A stretch of 64,000 nt of DNA, taken from an uncultured Spirochaetia bacterium. GTDB taxonomy: Bacteria > Desulfobacterota_D > UBA1144 > Nemesobacterales > UBA2774. This document shows positions 11,027-19,285 of this stretch, in pieces. The position numbers and the translations under genes are program-made. Under the pieces are notes generated by a model, which ran no database searches, had not been told where the DNA came from, and saw nothing but the letters and a program-made list of their open reading frames with translations. How positions within the stretch are numbered: position 1 is the stretch's first letter; each line of letters opens with the position of its first letter. Location of the stretch: the NCBI GenBank assembly GCA_964618635.1, contig CAZUDM010000004.1, forward strand, positions 10,739-74,738. Direction: 5' to 3'.

Positions 11027-11190
11027 TTGGTATTCAGAGATCTTTTTATCATGCCTATAATCATATTTCAGTATCCTTGTTAACTTTATCTAATCGGCAT
11101 ATAATTAATTTACTTGTTCAATGATGCGCAGTTGGGTACAAGCATTATTGTCCGGCATACATAAATAGCGTTAGATACAGGAGGTTCAAA

Positions 11191-11433
11191 ATGAGCGAAT
11201 TAGTTTCGAAGAAGTACAACAAAGTTCATACAACTTCAGCAATAGTTCAGATATTGGACTTGACTAGAACGGGTAGCTCTATAGAGCTTGAGATGTCTTC
11301 CAAAGGAGAAAAGCTGGGAACGCTGGTTATAGGGCGGGGATCATTTAAATGGTATCCAAAGCACTCGAAAAAGAACCATGTTCGGTTGGATTGGACAACT
11401 TTTGCCGAAATCATGAAAGGATACGGCAAATGA
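11191..11433 (+). CDS. Hypothetical 80-aa protein on the AT-rich island segment
   Basis: Strong RBS ACAGGAGG 7 nt upstream of the ATG. Low-GC codon usage matches the island. No recognisable domain. Confidence 0.4.
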   Translation: MSELVSKKYNKVHTTSAIVQILDLTRTGSSIELEMSSKGEKLGTLVIGRGSFKWYPKHSKKNHVRLDWTTFAEIMKGYGK

Positions 11434-11480
11434 ATGTGAAGCTGTAAAATTCACGAGTGGGTTTTAATGAACCAGCATCA

Positions 11481-11522
11481 AAGCCTGAGGTCGTGGATTC
11501 GAACCCCCATCGCCCGCCATGG
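11481..11522 (+). repeat. att-like imperfect direct repeat of the tRNA-Arg 3' half (copy 2)
   Basis: AAGCCTGAGGTCGTGGATTCGAACCCCCATCGCCCGCCATGG, against tRNA 10986-11029 AAGCCTGAGGTCGGGGGTTCGAATCCCTCATCGCCCGCCATTGG. Confidence 0.8.
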
Positions 11523-11742
11523 TTTAACACCAATTTAGTGTTGATTGGTTGAAATTTTCCATCTTAAACACTATAATGGGCTACACTAGATTCTGTAAAT
11601 TCCTTTTCAATCAAACAGGTTACAACAATTTTGGGAAATCATAGAAATAGATAAAGGAAGTTATTATGAATGCTTATTAGCCAGAACAATTAGACCAAAT
11701 TGACTTAATTAAACGAGTTTTAAGTTGAGCTAAGGAAAAGTC

Positions 11743-14490
11743 ATGAAACTCACCGATAAGCAATGGGAAGCTATCAATCACTCTCGAGGCAATCTTCAGC
11801 TCATTGCATGTGCCGGTTCCGGTAAAACTGAGGTAGTTGCTCGTCGAGTCGTTACCTTGTTGACACCAGCAAATAAACATTCCGTTCTCCCCAGAAACAT
11901 CGTAGCATTCACCTTCACTGAAAAGGCAGCAGCTGAGCTGAAAGAACGGATTTACGAGAGATGCCGTGAAATATTAGGTGATGTGAATGGACTTGCTGAA
12001 ATGTATGTAGGTACCATTCACGGATTCTGCCTGGAACTACTCAAGAGTGAAGTACCCAAATATAGCAAGTTCAATGTGCTTAACGAAGTTCAACAAATAC
12101 TATTTATAAATAGACTATCTTCAAGAAGTGGACTTACTACATCAACAGATTTATCTGGAAAACAACTCAAACGTTATACGGATACAGGTATCTATTCTAG
12201 CGCATTATCAATCCTTCGCGAAGCTTCTGTCGATAACGAAGCTCTCGAGGGATGCTCAGTAATGGAAGGAATGGAAGCATACAGATCCCTTTTAGATGAC
12301 CGCAGCTATCTTGATTATTCTGCTATCCTGGATGAAGCAGTCGAGGCTCTATACTCAGACAATGATCTTAGAAATAGACTAGGTGAACGAGTTAAGCATG
12401 TAATAGTTGATGAATATCAAGATGTAAACCCAATACAAGAGTCAGTTGTCCGTGTTCTGCACGATTTAGGAGCAAATCTTTGCGTTGTAGGTGATGATGA
12501 TCAAGTTCTATACCAGTGGAGAGGAAGCGATGTTCAAAATATTCTTACCTTTGAAGAACGCTATGCACCCGTCAAACAGGTTAAGTTGGAAGGTAACTTT
12601 CGATCAAGCGAGGGTATAGTCGAAACTGCAAGGGCATTTATCGAACAAAATTCAGAGCGTCTCCCCAAACAAATGAAACCAGAGGGTGCTCAGAATTATG
12701 AATCTGGCGATATTGTAGCCCTTGGTTTCGACAATCCGGACGAGGAAGCCCAATATATAGCCCAGACATGTAAATCACTCTTAGGTGTAGCTGTAAAAGA
12801 ATCCGGGGGTAAAGAACGAGGTGTTGCATGGTCGGATATGGCAATTTTGCTTAGGAGCGTCGCACATAATGCGAAACCTATTACGAAAGCACTTGATGTA
12901 GCGAATATCCCATATCTTGTCGTTGGCATGAACGAGTTATTCGCAACACCCGAAGCCGCAGCGGCACGTGAACTATTTCACTTCATGGCTGGGCGCATTG
13001 ACGAAAAATCTGTTTTGAAGGCATGGGAGGCAGCTCAGACAGGTTCGTCACGTTCCGAACTTCGGAAAGCAATTCAAGCGGCGGCAAAAAGTCGAGATGA
13101 TATGGCTAAGGGTGGGGAGCGGTTTTCTATTTATTCTCCCCAGCGTGTATTTCTTGATTTTTTAGAAAATGCAAATATTCGAGAAGAAAAAGTTCCGGGT
13201 GATTCCAGTAAGTGTGAAATACTTTTCTACAACCTAGGCAAGTTCAGCCAAGTAATTTCGGACTTTGAAGCAATACATTTCTTGTCCGAACCTATTGAAA
13301 AATACAAAACATTTGCGAGCTTTCTCGAGCATCATGCCGTGAAATCATACCCAGAAGGGTGGCAGTCTAACCAATACGCTAATCCAAATGCGGTGCGAAT
13401 TATGACAGTGCATCAAGCTAAAGGCATGCAGTGGCCGGTTGTATTTATTCCGGCCCTATTGAAGAATCGGTTTCCATCCAAAAAACATGGTGGACCAAGT
13501 GTTTGGCAACTCATTCCAAAAACGGCAGTTGAGGGCCAAGAGCGTTATGAAGGTAGTCTCGAGGATGAGCGGAGGCTATTCTATGTTGCCATGACTAGGG
13601 CTCAGAAATTTCTGCATATGACATGGGCTCCAGTACTCGATAACCAACTATATAAGAAGGTTTCTGAGTTTTGGGAAAATGTACTCTCTTCAAAATACGT
13701 TAAACGTCGCCAGCAAGATTACTCAAATAGAAAACGGCTTAAAGCCACTCCAAAGGCGGGGATAGCAAATGTAACACTAACTTTCTCAGACATGAAATAC
13801 TTCTTTGAATGTCCGTATCAGTTTAAGTTGCGCATTCTATATGGGTTCAATGCCCCCATACACGAAGCATTGGGTTACGGTAAGTCTTTACATGATGCAC
13901 TGGCAGAGGTACACACAAGGGTAATCAATGGAGAAAAGGTTGACGAATCGAACGTTCCAGAGCTGATAAAAACACATCTGCATACTCCATATGCGTACGC
14001 AAAATTAAAAGAAAAACTTGAGATGGCAGCCAAGAAGGTCGTGACGGACTACATTGTAGACAACAAGAAAGAATTCAACAATATAGAATTCTCAGAAAAA
14101 CTCATCGAAGTTAACATGGGAGATGGTGTATCAGTTGTTGGCCGTATCGATTTGGTACGACGAAAAGATACTGACGAAACCAGCATAGTCGATCTCAAAT
14201 CAACTGATCGGGCACAGGCAGAAGATGTAACCGAAACTCAACTCCACATCTATGCACTTGGTTATAATGAACTCACGGGGCGTAATGCAGACTTTGTCGA
14301 GATATACAATCTTGATGAACGCAAAAGGAAACCACGTTCGGTTGACGAGGGATTCTTGAAGGAAGTGAAGACCAAGGTAAAAGGCGCAGCCGAAACCCTC
14401 CGCAACGGCAAGTTGAACCCATCACCTTCTCTAAAAAAGTGTACAAGTTGCGATTACCAACGTATATGTAGTGCTGCCAAATTAAAATGA
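11743..14490 (+). CDS. UvrD/PcrA-like SF1 helicase fused to a C-terminal Cas4/AddB-type PD-(D/E)XK nuclease with a 4-Cys cluster
   Basis: Helicase motifs: AGSGKT (Walker A), DEYQD, GDDDQ, VHQAKGMQWPVVF, YVAMTRA. C-terminal nuclease motifs: FFECPYQF, GRIDLV, VDLKS, QLHIYALGY, and CTSCDYQRIC (C-X2-C-X5-C). GC is about 45% against ~60% in the flanks. RBS AAGGAAAAG. Confidence 0.85.
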   Translation: MKLTDKQWEAINHSRGNLQLIACAGSGKTEVVARRVVTLLTPANKHSVLPRNIVAFTFTEKAAAELKERIYERCREILGDVNGLAEMYVGTIHGFCLELLKSEVPKYSKFNVLNEVQQILFINRLSSRSGLTTSTDLSGKQLKRYTDTGIYSSALSILREASVDNEALEGCSVMEGMEAYRSLLDDRSYLDYSAILDEAVEALYSDNDLRNRLGERVKHVIVDEYQDVNPIQESVVRVLHDLGANLCVVGDDDQVLYQWRGSDVQNILTFEERYAPVKQVKLEGNFRSSEGIVETARAFIEQNSERLPKQMKPEGAQNYESGDIVALGFDNPDEEAQYIAQTCKSLLGVAVKESGGKERGVAWSDMAILLRSVAHNAKPITKALDVANIPYLVVGMNELFATPEAAAARELFHFMAGRIDEKSVLKAWEAAQTGSSRSELRKAIQAAAKSRDDMAKGGERFSIYSPQRVFLDFLENANIREEKVPGDSSKCEILFYNLGKFSQVISDFEAIHFLSEPIEKYKTFASFLEHHAVKSYPEGWQSNQYANPNAVRIMTVHQAKGMQWPVVFIPALLKNRFPSKKHGGPSVWQLIPKTAVEGQERYEGSLEDERRLFYVAMTRAQKFLHMTWAPVLDNQLYKKVSEFWENVLSSKYVKRRQQDYSNRKRLKATPKAGIANVTLTFSDMKYFFECPYQFKLRILYGFNAPIHEALGYGKSLHDALAEVHTRVINGEKVDESNVPELIKTHLHTPYAYAKLKEKLEMAAKKVVTDYIVDNKKEFNNIEFSEKLIEVNMGDGVSVVGRIDLVRRKDTDETSIVDLKSTDRAQAEDVTETQLHIYALGYNELTGRNADFVEIYNLDERKRKPRSVDEGFLKEVKTKVKGAAETLRNGKLNPSPSLKKCTSCDYQRICSAAKLK

Positions 14491-14758
14491 GGGAGATTTA
14501 TGACGACTAAAAGTAAACCAAAATAATCCGAAATCCGAAAAGAAAGTACACATTCTCTTTAAGAATCGCCAAATCCGTCATATTCCATAGGCCGATTCCT
14601 ATGGCTTAAGCACGCCATATTCTCCATCTAATTGTTTCATGCAGTTTTATGAAGACCCGTTCCGCCCTGGAAATAGGGCAAGCATTACACACTACGGCTG
14701 CTAAAAAGGAATGTGGATATGGAGAGAATGATTTATACTTTATATCAGGGTGAGAACA

Positions 14759-14905
14759 ATGAGTACAAAAAAAGCTTTTCTCACATACGTAGGCAATAGA
14801 AAATGGAGAAAAGTTAGAAGGTCGAAAACTCCCGCCGGAAGAGATTATCTGAGATACGCCGGGAACAGGAAATGGAAAAGAGTCAGCTCTGTCCATGACC
14901 GATAA
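14759..14905 (+). CDS. Putative 48-aa basic micro-protein with internal tandem repeat
   Basis: MSTKKAFLTYVGNRKWRKVRRSKTPAGRDYLRYAGNRKWKRVSSVHDR. Repeat Y(V/A)GNRKW(R/K)(K/R)V occurs twice. GGGTGAG RBS-like element upstream. A 96-aa antisense ORF (14606-14896) is the alternative. Confidence 0.3.
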   Translation: MSTKKAFLTYVGNRKWRKVRRSKTPAGRDYLRYAGNRKWKRVSSVHDR

Positions 14906-15015
14906 GACCGGAGTTTAAACCGGATTTTCAAATACGGCCTTTCGTCGGGATAGCCTGGAAGCGCTGTTTCCATGATTCTAACTCAAACCTCGCCTGACAA
15001 AAGGGGAGAGGTATA

Positions 15016-15040
15016 GGTTCGAATCCCCATCGCCCGCAAT
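15016..15040 (+). repeat. att-like degenerate copy of the tRNA 3' end (copy 3)
   Basis: GGTTCGAATCCCCATCGCCCGCAAT, preceded by GCCTGA. It matches the T-arm and acceptor 3' strand of tRNA-Arg. Confidence 0.6.
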
Positions 15041-15112
15041 TTGTTCACGCCTTTTACCATTCTTATATCAGACGACACGGCTGGAAAATCAACACTGCAG
15101 AAAGAGCAGACG

Positions 15113-15547
15113 TCAGACAATTCCGTGTTCTTTCAAGAGCGTCTGCTCATCGCCCGAGACCCAGCCGAAAACTTTCGGTCCCTCATCCAGCTTCTGCACA
15201 AAGTAGTGAACATCGAAATCTATATTTGTGTCCGGCCGATCCTTCCGAGCATAAGTTGCCGTCCAAGCAACATGGGCGACACAATGATGTTCATCTATCG
15301 ATGAGATACGGACACTACGTATCCGCATCTCTTTAGTTCCAATCGCCCGATAGCGCGCGTATCCCTGCACCATCACCTGCTTGAGTTTATCGTTGTTCTT
15401 CCCCGTCATAACTCCGGCAGGCGAGGCTGCGATGAATTCCGTCGCGTACAGCGAGGCGACTTGATTTATATTCACGTCGCCACCGAGAGACTGGTTGAAT
15501 AAGCGTTCGTATCGCTCGAATAGTTTCCTTACGACAGCATCCATCAT
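15113..15547 (-). CDS. NTF2-like/SnoaL-like small protein
   Basis: 144 aa. Composition and length are typical of ketosteroid-isomerase/NTF2-fold proteins. It lies between att-like copies 3 and 4. Confidence 0.45.
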   Translation of the reverse strand: MMDAVVRKLFERYERLFNQSLGGDVNINQVASLYATEFIAASPAGVMTGKNNDKLKQVMVQGYARYRAIGTKEMRIRSVRISSIDEHHCVAHVAWTATYARKDRPDTNIDFDVHYFVQKLDEGPKVFGWVSGDEQTLLKEHGIV

Positions 15548-15634
15548 TCTCTTTTCCCCGATGTTTCGAAGTATATATTATAGACTAAAGACACGAATTA
15601 TACCGGCTGTTTGCTGTGTAGCCCCGGTAGTGAG

Positions 15635-15668
15635 ACGTGGGGTTCGAATCCCCCCATCGCCCGGCATT
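15635..15668 (+). repeat. att-like imperfect copy of the tRNA-Arg 3' end (copy 4), distal island boundary
   Basis: GACGTGGGGTTCGAATCCCCCCATCGCCCGGCATT, against tRNA GGTCGGGGGTTCGAATCCCTCATCGCCCGCCATT. Confidence 0.75.
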
Positions 15669-15737
15669 ATAACCACCTCTAATTTCTTGGCTTTTTTATA
15701 ATTCTAACTATTAACTGATGCGCCTGCATCCAAATGC

Positions 15738-16088
15738 ATGGTTTGTGTGTCTAACTATCATCAGGAGAGAAGAGTGAAGACAATAATCTCGTTAATATTT
15801 ATCATATTCGCCGCGGCGTCCTTTTCGTTTGCGGAGAGCGGTGACGGGCCGGATTCCGTGATTTTGGCGAAAGCCGATACAGAAATTCCGGCGGTCCGGA
15901 ATGTTATCACTGACAGAGAAGGCCCCGGCGATATTTCTTTATTGACCGGGAGCGGAGAGAATTCCGAGCTGACTTACGAATCACCTTCGCTAAATGTCGA
16001 AGACCTTCCCCTCGTTATGTCAAGCACGGATAGGAAAACCGTGAGTATCGTACTGCCGCCGTTCCTCTATTTCAAACAGCAGTTTTAG
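15738..16088 (+). CDS. Hypothetical secreted protein
   Basis: N-terminal signal peptide (IISLIFIIFAAASFSFA), Ser/Gly/Pro-rich, C-terminal ...YFKQQF. Confidence 0.45.
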   Translation: MVCVSNYHQERRVKTIISLIFIIFAAASFSFAESGDGPDSVILAKADTEIPAVRNVITDREGPGDISLLTGSGENSELTYESPSLNVEDLPLVMSSTDRKTVSIVLPPFLYFKQQF

Positions 16089-16434
16089 CAAACAAGTCTC
16101 ATCTTGTGTATATCGGCTGTGTATTCACATCCTCAGGCGAGGGAAAACCACGCGTCAGGTTAGGGCGCGATTTGTAAATGAGGGCTGGATGAAACCCTTT
16201 ATCCGGCGAGCTGCATCAGCCCGCCCCCCTTACATACCGGCAGTTTAGTCAGGGATCGAAACTCCCTCATACCACCGCCTCTTTTTAAATAATCACGCCT
16301 CTTTGTTTTTAATTTCCAACTGTTTTAGAATATCCGGAGACATATTTTATATACAGGGCCAAGGGGCAGCGGCGCGGGGCTTGTACATGCAAGCGACGCC
16401 GCGAATGGACTTATCAGAGAGAGGGAGGATAGAT

Positions 16435-17385
16435 ATGGAGATCAAGGATCTCGTTAAAAGGGCCCGGAAATTCGCGGAGCCGTTTCGCATTACGAAAGGC
16501 AAGAGCTTCCGGCTTAAGGACATCGATCCCGGGGATACGCTTCATTTACAGTCGGAGGACAAGCCGCGTGCGAAAGAGGTGCTTGCAAACGGCGTGCAGC
16601 TGCTCGCCGAGCTGCAGGATATGCTCTACGCCCAGGACCGCTGGGCGGTGCTCATAATACTCCAAGCGATGGACGCCGCCGGAAAGGACGGCACGATAAA
16701 GCACATAATGTCGGGCGTCAATCCGCAGGGCTGCCAGGTGCATTCCTTCAAGGCTCCGTCGTCGGAAGAGCTCGACCATGACTATCTATGGCGGTGTATG
16801 AAACGCCTGCCGAACCGCGGCAACATGGGCATCTTCAACCGCTCTTATTACGAGGAGACGCTGGTCGTGCGGGTCCACCAGGAATTTCTGGCAAAGCAGA
16901 AATTACCTCCCGAGCTTGTCACGAAGAATATCTGGAACGAGCGCTTTGAAGACATACGCAATTTCGAGAGCTACCTTACGCGGAATGGAATAGTCGTGAG
17001 GAAGTTTTTTCTTCACGTTTCCAAAGAAGAGCAGGAGAAGCGTTTTATCGAACGCATCGAGAACCCGGAAAAGAACTGGAAGTTTTCCGCGAGCGATATA
17101 AAAGAGCGCGCTTACTGGGACGACTACATGAAAGCCTACGAGGACATGATCCGGAACACCGCGACAAGTTACGCTCCGTGGTATGTCGTACCGGCGGACA
17201 ACAAGTGGTTTACGCGCCTGGTGGTCGCCGCGGCGATCATAGACGCGCTGGCCTCTCTCGACCTCCACTATCCGAAGGTGGACAAGCAAAAGCTTGAGGA
17301 ATTAGCCGAGGCCAGAAAGACGCTTTTAAACGAAAAGGGAAACGGGAAGGGCTCAAAGAAAGCTTCTAAAAAGGGAGGCGCATAA
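16435..17385 (+). CDS. ppk2: Polyphosphate kinase 2 (PPK2) family nucleotide phosphotransferase
   Basis: Walker A LQAMDAAGKDGTIK, PPK2 lid (YLWRCMKRLP...GIFNRSYYE), and N-terminal FRLKDIDPGDT motif. Start is taken at MEIK, which has AGGGAGGA-5nt-ATG. The track ORF begins at 16303. Confidence 0.85.
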   Translation: MEIKDLVKRARKFAEPFRITKGKSFRLKDIDPGDTLHLQSEDKPRAKEVLANGVQLLAELQDMLYAQDRWAVLIILQAMDAAGKDGTIKHIMSGVNPQGCQVHSFKAPSSEELDHDYLWRCMKRLPNRGNMGIFNRSYYEETLVVRVHQEFLAKQKLPPELVTKNIWNERFEDIRNFESYLTRNGIVVRKFFLHVSKEEQEKRFIERIENPEKNWKFSASDIKERAYWDDYMKAYEDMIRNTATSYAPWYVVPADNKWFTRLVVAAAIIDALASLDLHYPKVDKQKLEELAEARKTLLNEKGNGKGSKKASKKGGA

Positions 17386-17879
17386 TGTCTGATGATACAG
17401 GGAGTATGGGCTTTCCTGTCGACAGGGAAGCACAGGAAATGAAATCCATAGTCCTGGAGCACAAGGTGTTTTGGGCCACCCTGTCCATAGAGCTGCCCGA
17501 CGAGGAGGGACATCGTGTTAAAGTGGGCATGTCCGTCGCCCTTGTCGGGACGGACCCGGATAAAAATTTCCCCGGGGACGAAGCCGGAAAATCCGCGACA
17601 TTCGAGAGGCTCATGAAGCTGGCTAACTGGCTCACCTCGGAGCCTGCGCCCGGGGTCAGGTTCGACGTGAGAAGGCACGATAACGTCGTCTTCTACCTGC
17701 CTGACGACCTTAGAACGAAGAGGAATAATTATGTTGTCATAATAAGGATACTTCACGGCGAGCAGTTCGATTCACCGATGAACGAGACGCAGCTGCAAAC
17801 GTTTCAGAACATACAAAAGAGGCTGAAAGACATCGGTTCGCCGCAGGAGCACTGGAAAGAACCGAAGACAACGCTATGA
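17385..17879 (+). CDS. Hypothetical protein, translationally coupled to PPK2
   Basis: 164 aa. Its ATG overlaps the PPK2 stop (ATAATG). No recognisable domain. Confidence 0.5.
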   Translation: MSDDTGSMGFPVDREAQEMKSIVLEHKVFWATLSIELPDEEGHRVKVGMSVALVGTDPDKNFPGDEAGKSATFERLMKLANWLTSEPAPGVRFDVRRHDNVVFYLPDDLRTKRNNYVVIIRILHGEQFDSPMNETQLQTFQNIQKRLKDIGSPQEHWKEPKTTL

Positions 17880-18057
17880 CAATTTTCACCGCCACTACTA
17901 ATTCGGCTGACAGCTAACCACCGCTTGACCCCGAAATCTTCGAAAGTATTGCATATGCAAGTCCTTTTATATCCGTACGGCAAAAAGGGTTTGCTTTTTC
18001 CGTCGTATGTTTTATAAAGGTCAATAAGCCACACACAATATCAAAGGAGGTATGCCA

Positions 18058-18432
18058 ATGTCTACTGTAGGCAAAGTACAGATCACTATCGTGTTCATCT
18101 GCCCGCCGGAGCACGTCGCCGAGGGGGAGAGGATATTCGCGAGCCACGCGAAATGGATGGAGGCGACTCATCACAAGTCGGGCGAGCTCGCGATGCTGCG
18201 ATACAACATTATTAAAGGACCGGAGCTCGAAAACCCGTTCGACCCGACGTCGAAGCCGACGGGGAATACGATGTTCGTCCTGGACGAGCTTTACGAGAAC
18301 CAGGCCGGCCTCGACGATCACTGGAAGAGGGCGCCCGTGGAGTGGAGCGACATAGGCGCATTCGTGGAGTGGGGAGGGAAGTGCAAGGTGATCACGGCGC
18401 ACAACGGGGTCGCTATTCAGGGACTCTGGTAA
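18058..18432 (+). CDS. Hypothetical small protein, possibly ABM/Dabb-like alpha+beta barrel
   Basis: 124 aa. RBS AAGGAGG lies 7 nt upstream of the second ATG. Fold assignment is a guess from length and composition. Confidence 0.45.
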   Translation: MSTVGKVQITIVFICPPEHVAEGERIFASHAKWMEATHHKSGELAMLRYNIIKGPELENPFDPTSKPTGNTMFVLDELYENQAGLDDHWKRAPVEWSDIGAFVEWGGKCKVITAHNGVAIQGLW

Positions 18433-19285
18433 TAATCGAAGCACTGCTAGTCCCGGCTTTTCCGATATATGAAGGGCCGGGACAATTTCATCCCGGTATC
18501 GGCACTCTGCGAGTAAAGCGCTCCGATGCCCTGGATTTTAGTCTTCTATAATTACGCATCCAGAGCCGGGTCCGGGACCTGAGCGCGACAGCGATAGTTG
18601 CAGCTACTACTAATTCCGATAGAGCGCTCCAAACGTATCGGACTTGACAACTGCCGCCTGAAATCTAGATTTATACCCTGCCATGCGGCGGAAAGCACAC
18701 CTTATAGCCTGCTCCGTCCTGTTCCTCGCACTGTCGTTGAATCTGGCGCTTTACACCTCTCAGAAGTATGCGCCGCCCAGGGCCGAGTCGCTCTCTTATT
18801 CGGTTATGGACTGTCCCTCGCACCGGGGTCAGGACCATTTATCCGCTATCGCCAGTGTCATTACGGGACGAAACACCAAAGAGGGCGTCGAGAAGCACTG
18901 TTTTTGCTTAAGCTGCTGCAGTCAACGAACGAGCCTGTTCATTCCGGCTGCAGCCTGTTCCATCGTAAGAGAGCAATTTACGGTCTATCTGCCGGCGGCA
19001 GTCGAATTTCATCATTCAGAAGAGTTCTATTCCAGTCTCCCCATCCGTTCTCCTCCCGCAATTTAATCGCGCCGCACGTTTGTGAAAAGTGCGGCGGGTA
19101 TCCAAGCAGCGGAAAGGAGGGGAAACCCTTTTTCCCGACACAGAGGCACAGCTAATCCGGCTTCGGCAGCGGAATAGTGCGCCGGTACGCCTGCCTGCGT
19201 GCCGGCGCCCGCGGCGCCGAAGGTAATCATCGGTCTGTCTGTGCGAGCTCACGCAAAGGTTCAATTATTGGAGGTCGTTATAAAA

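Noticed and set aside
11481-15668. GGTTCGAATCC-containing copies considered as tmRNA or additional tRNA genes
   Set aside because: None has a matching 5' acceptor strand or D arm. They copy only the 3' ~25-42 nt of tRNA-Arg, consistent with att duplications and not with genes.
18598-19155. Track ORFs 18598-19155 and 18683-19066 as real proteins
   Set aside because: They have no RBS and a Cys/Ser/Arg-rich atypical composition, and overlap each other in different frames. The region is reported as a candidate non-coding or pseudogene interval instead.
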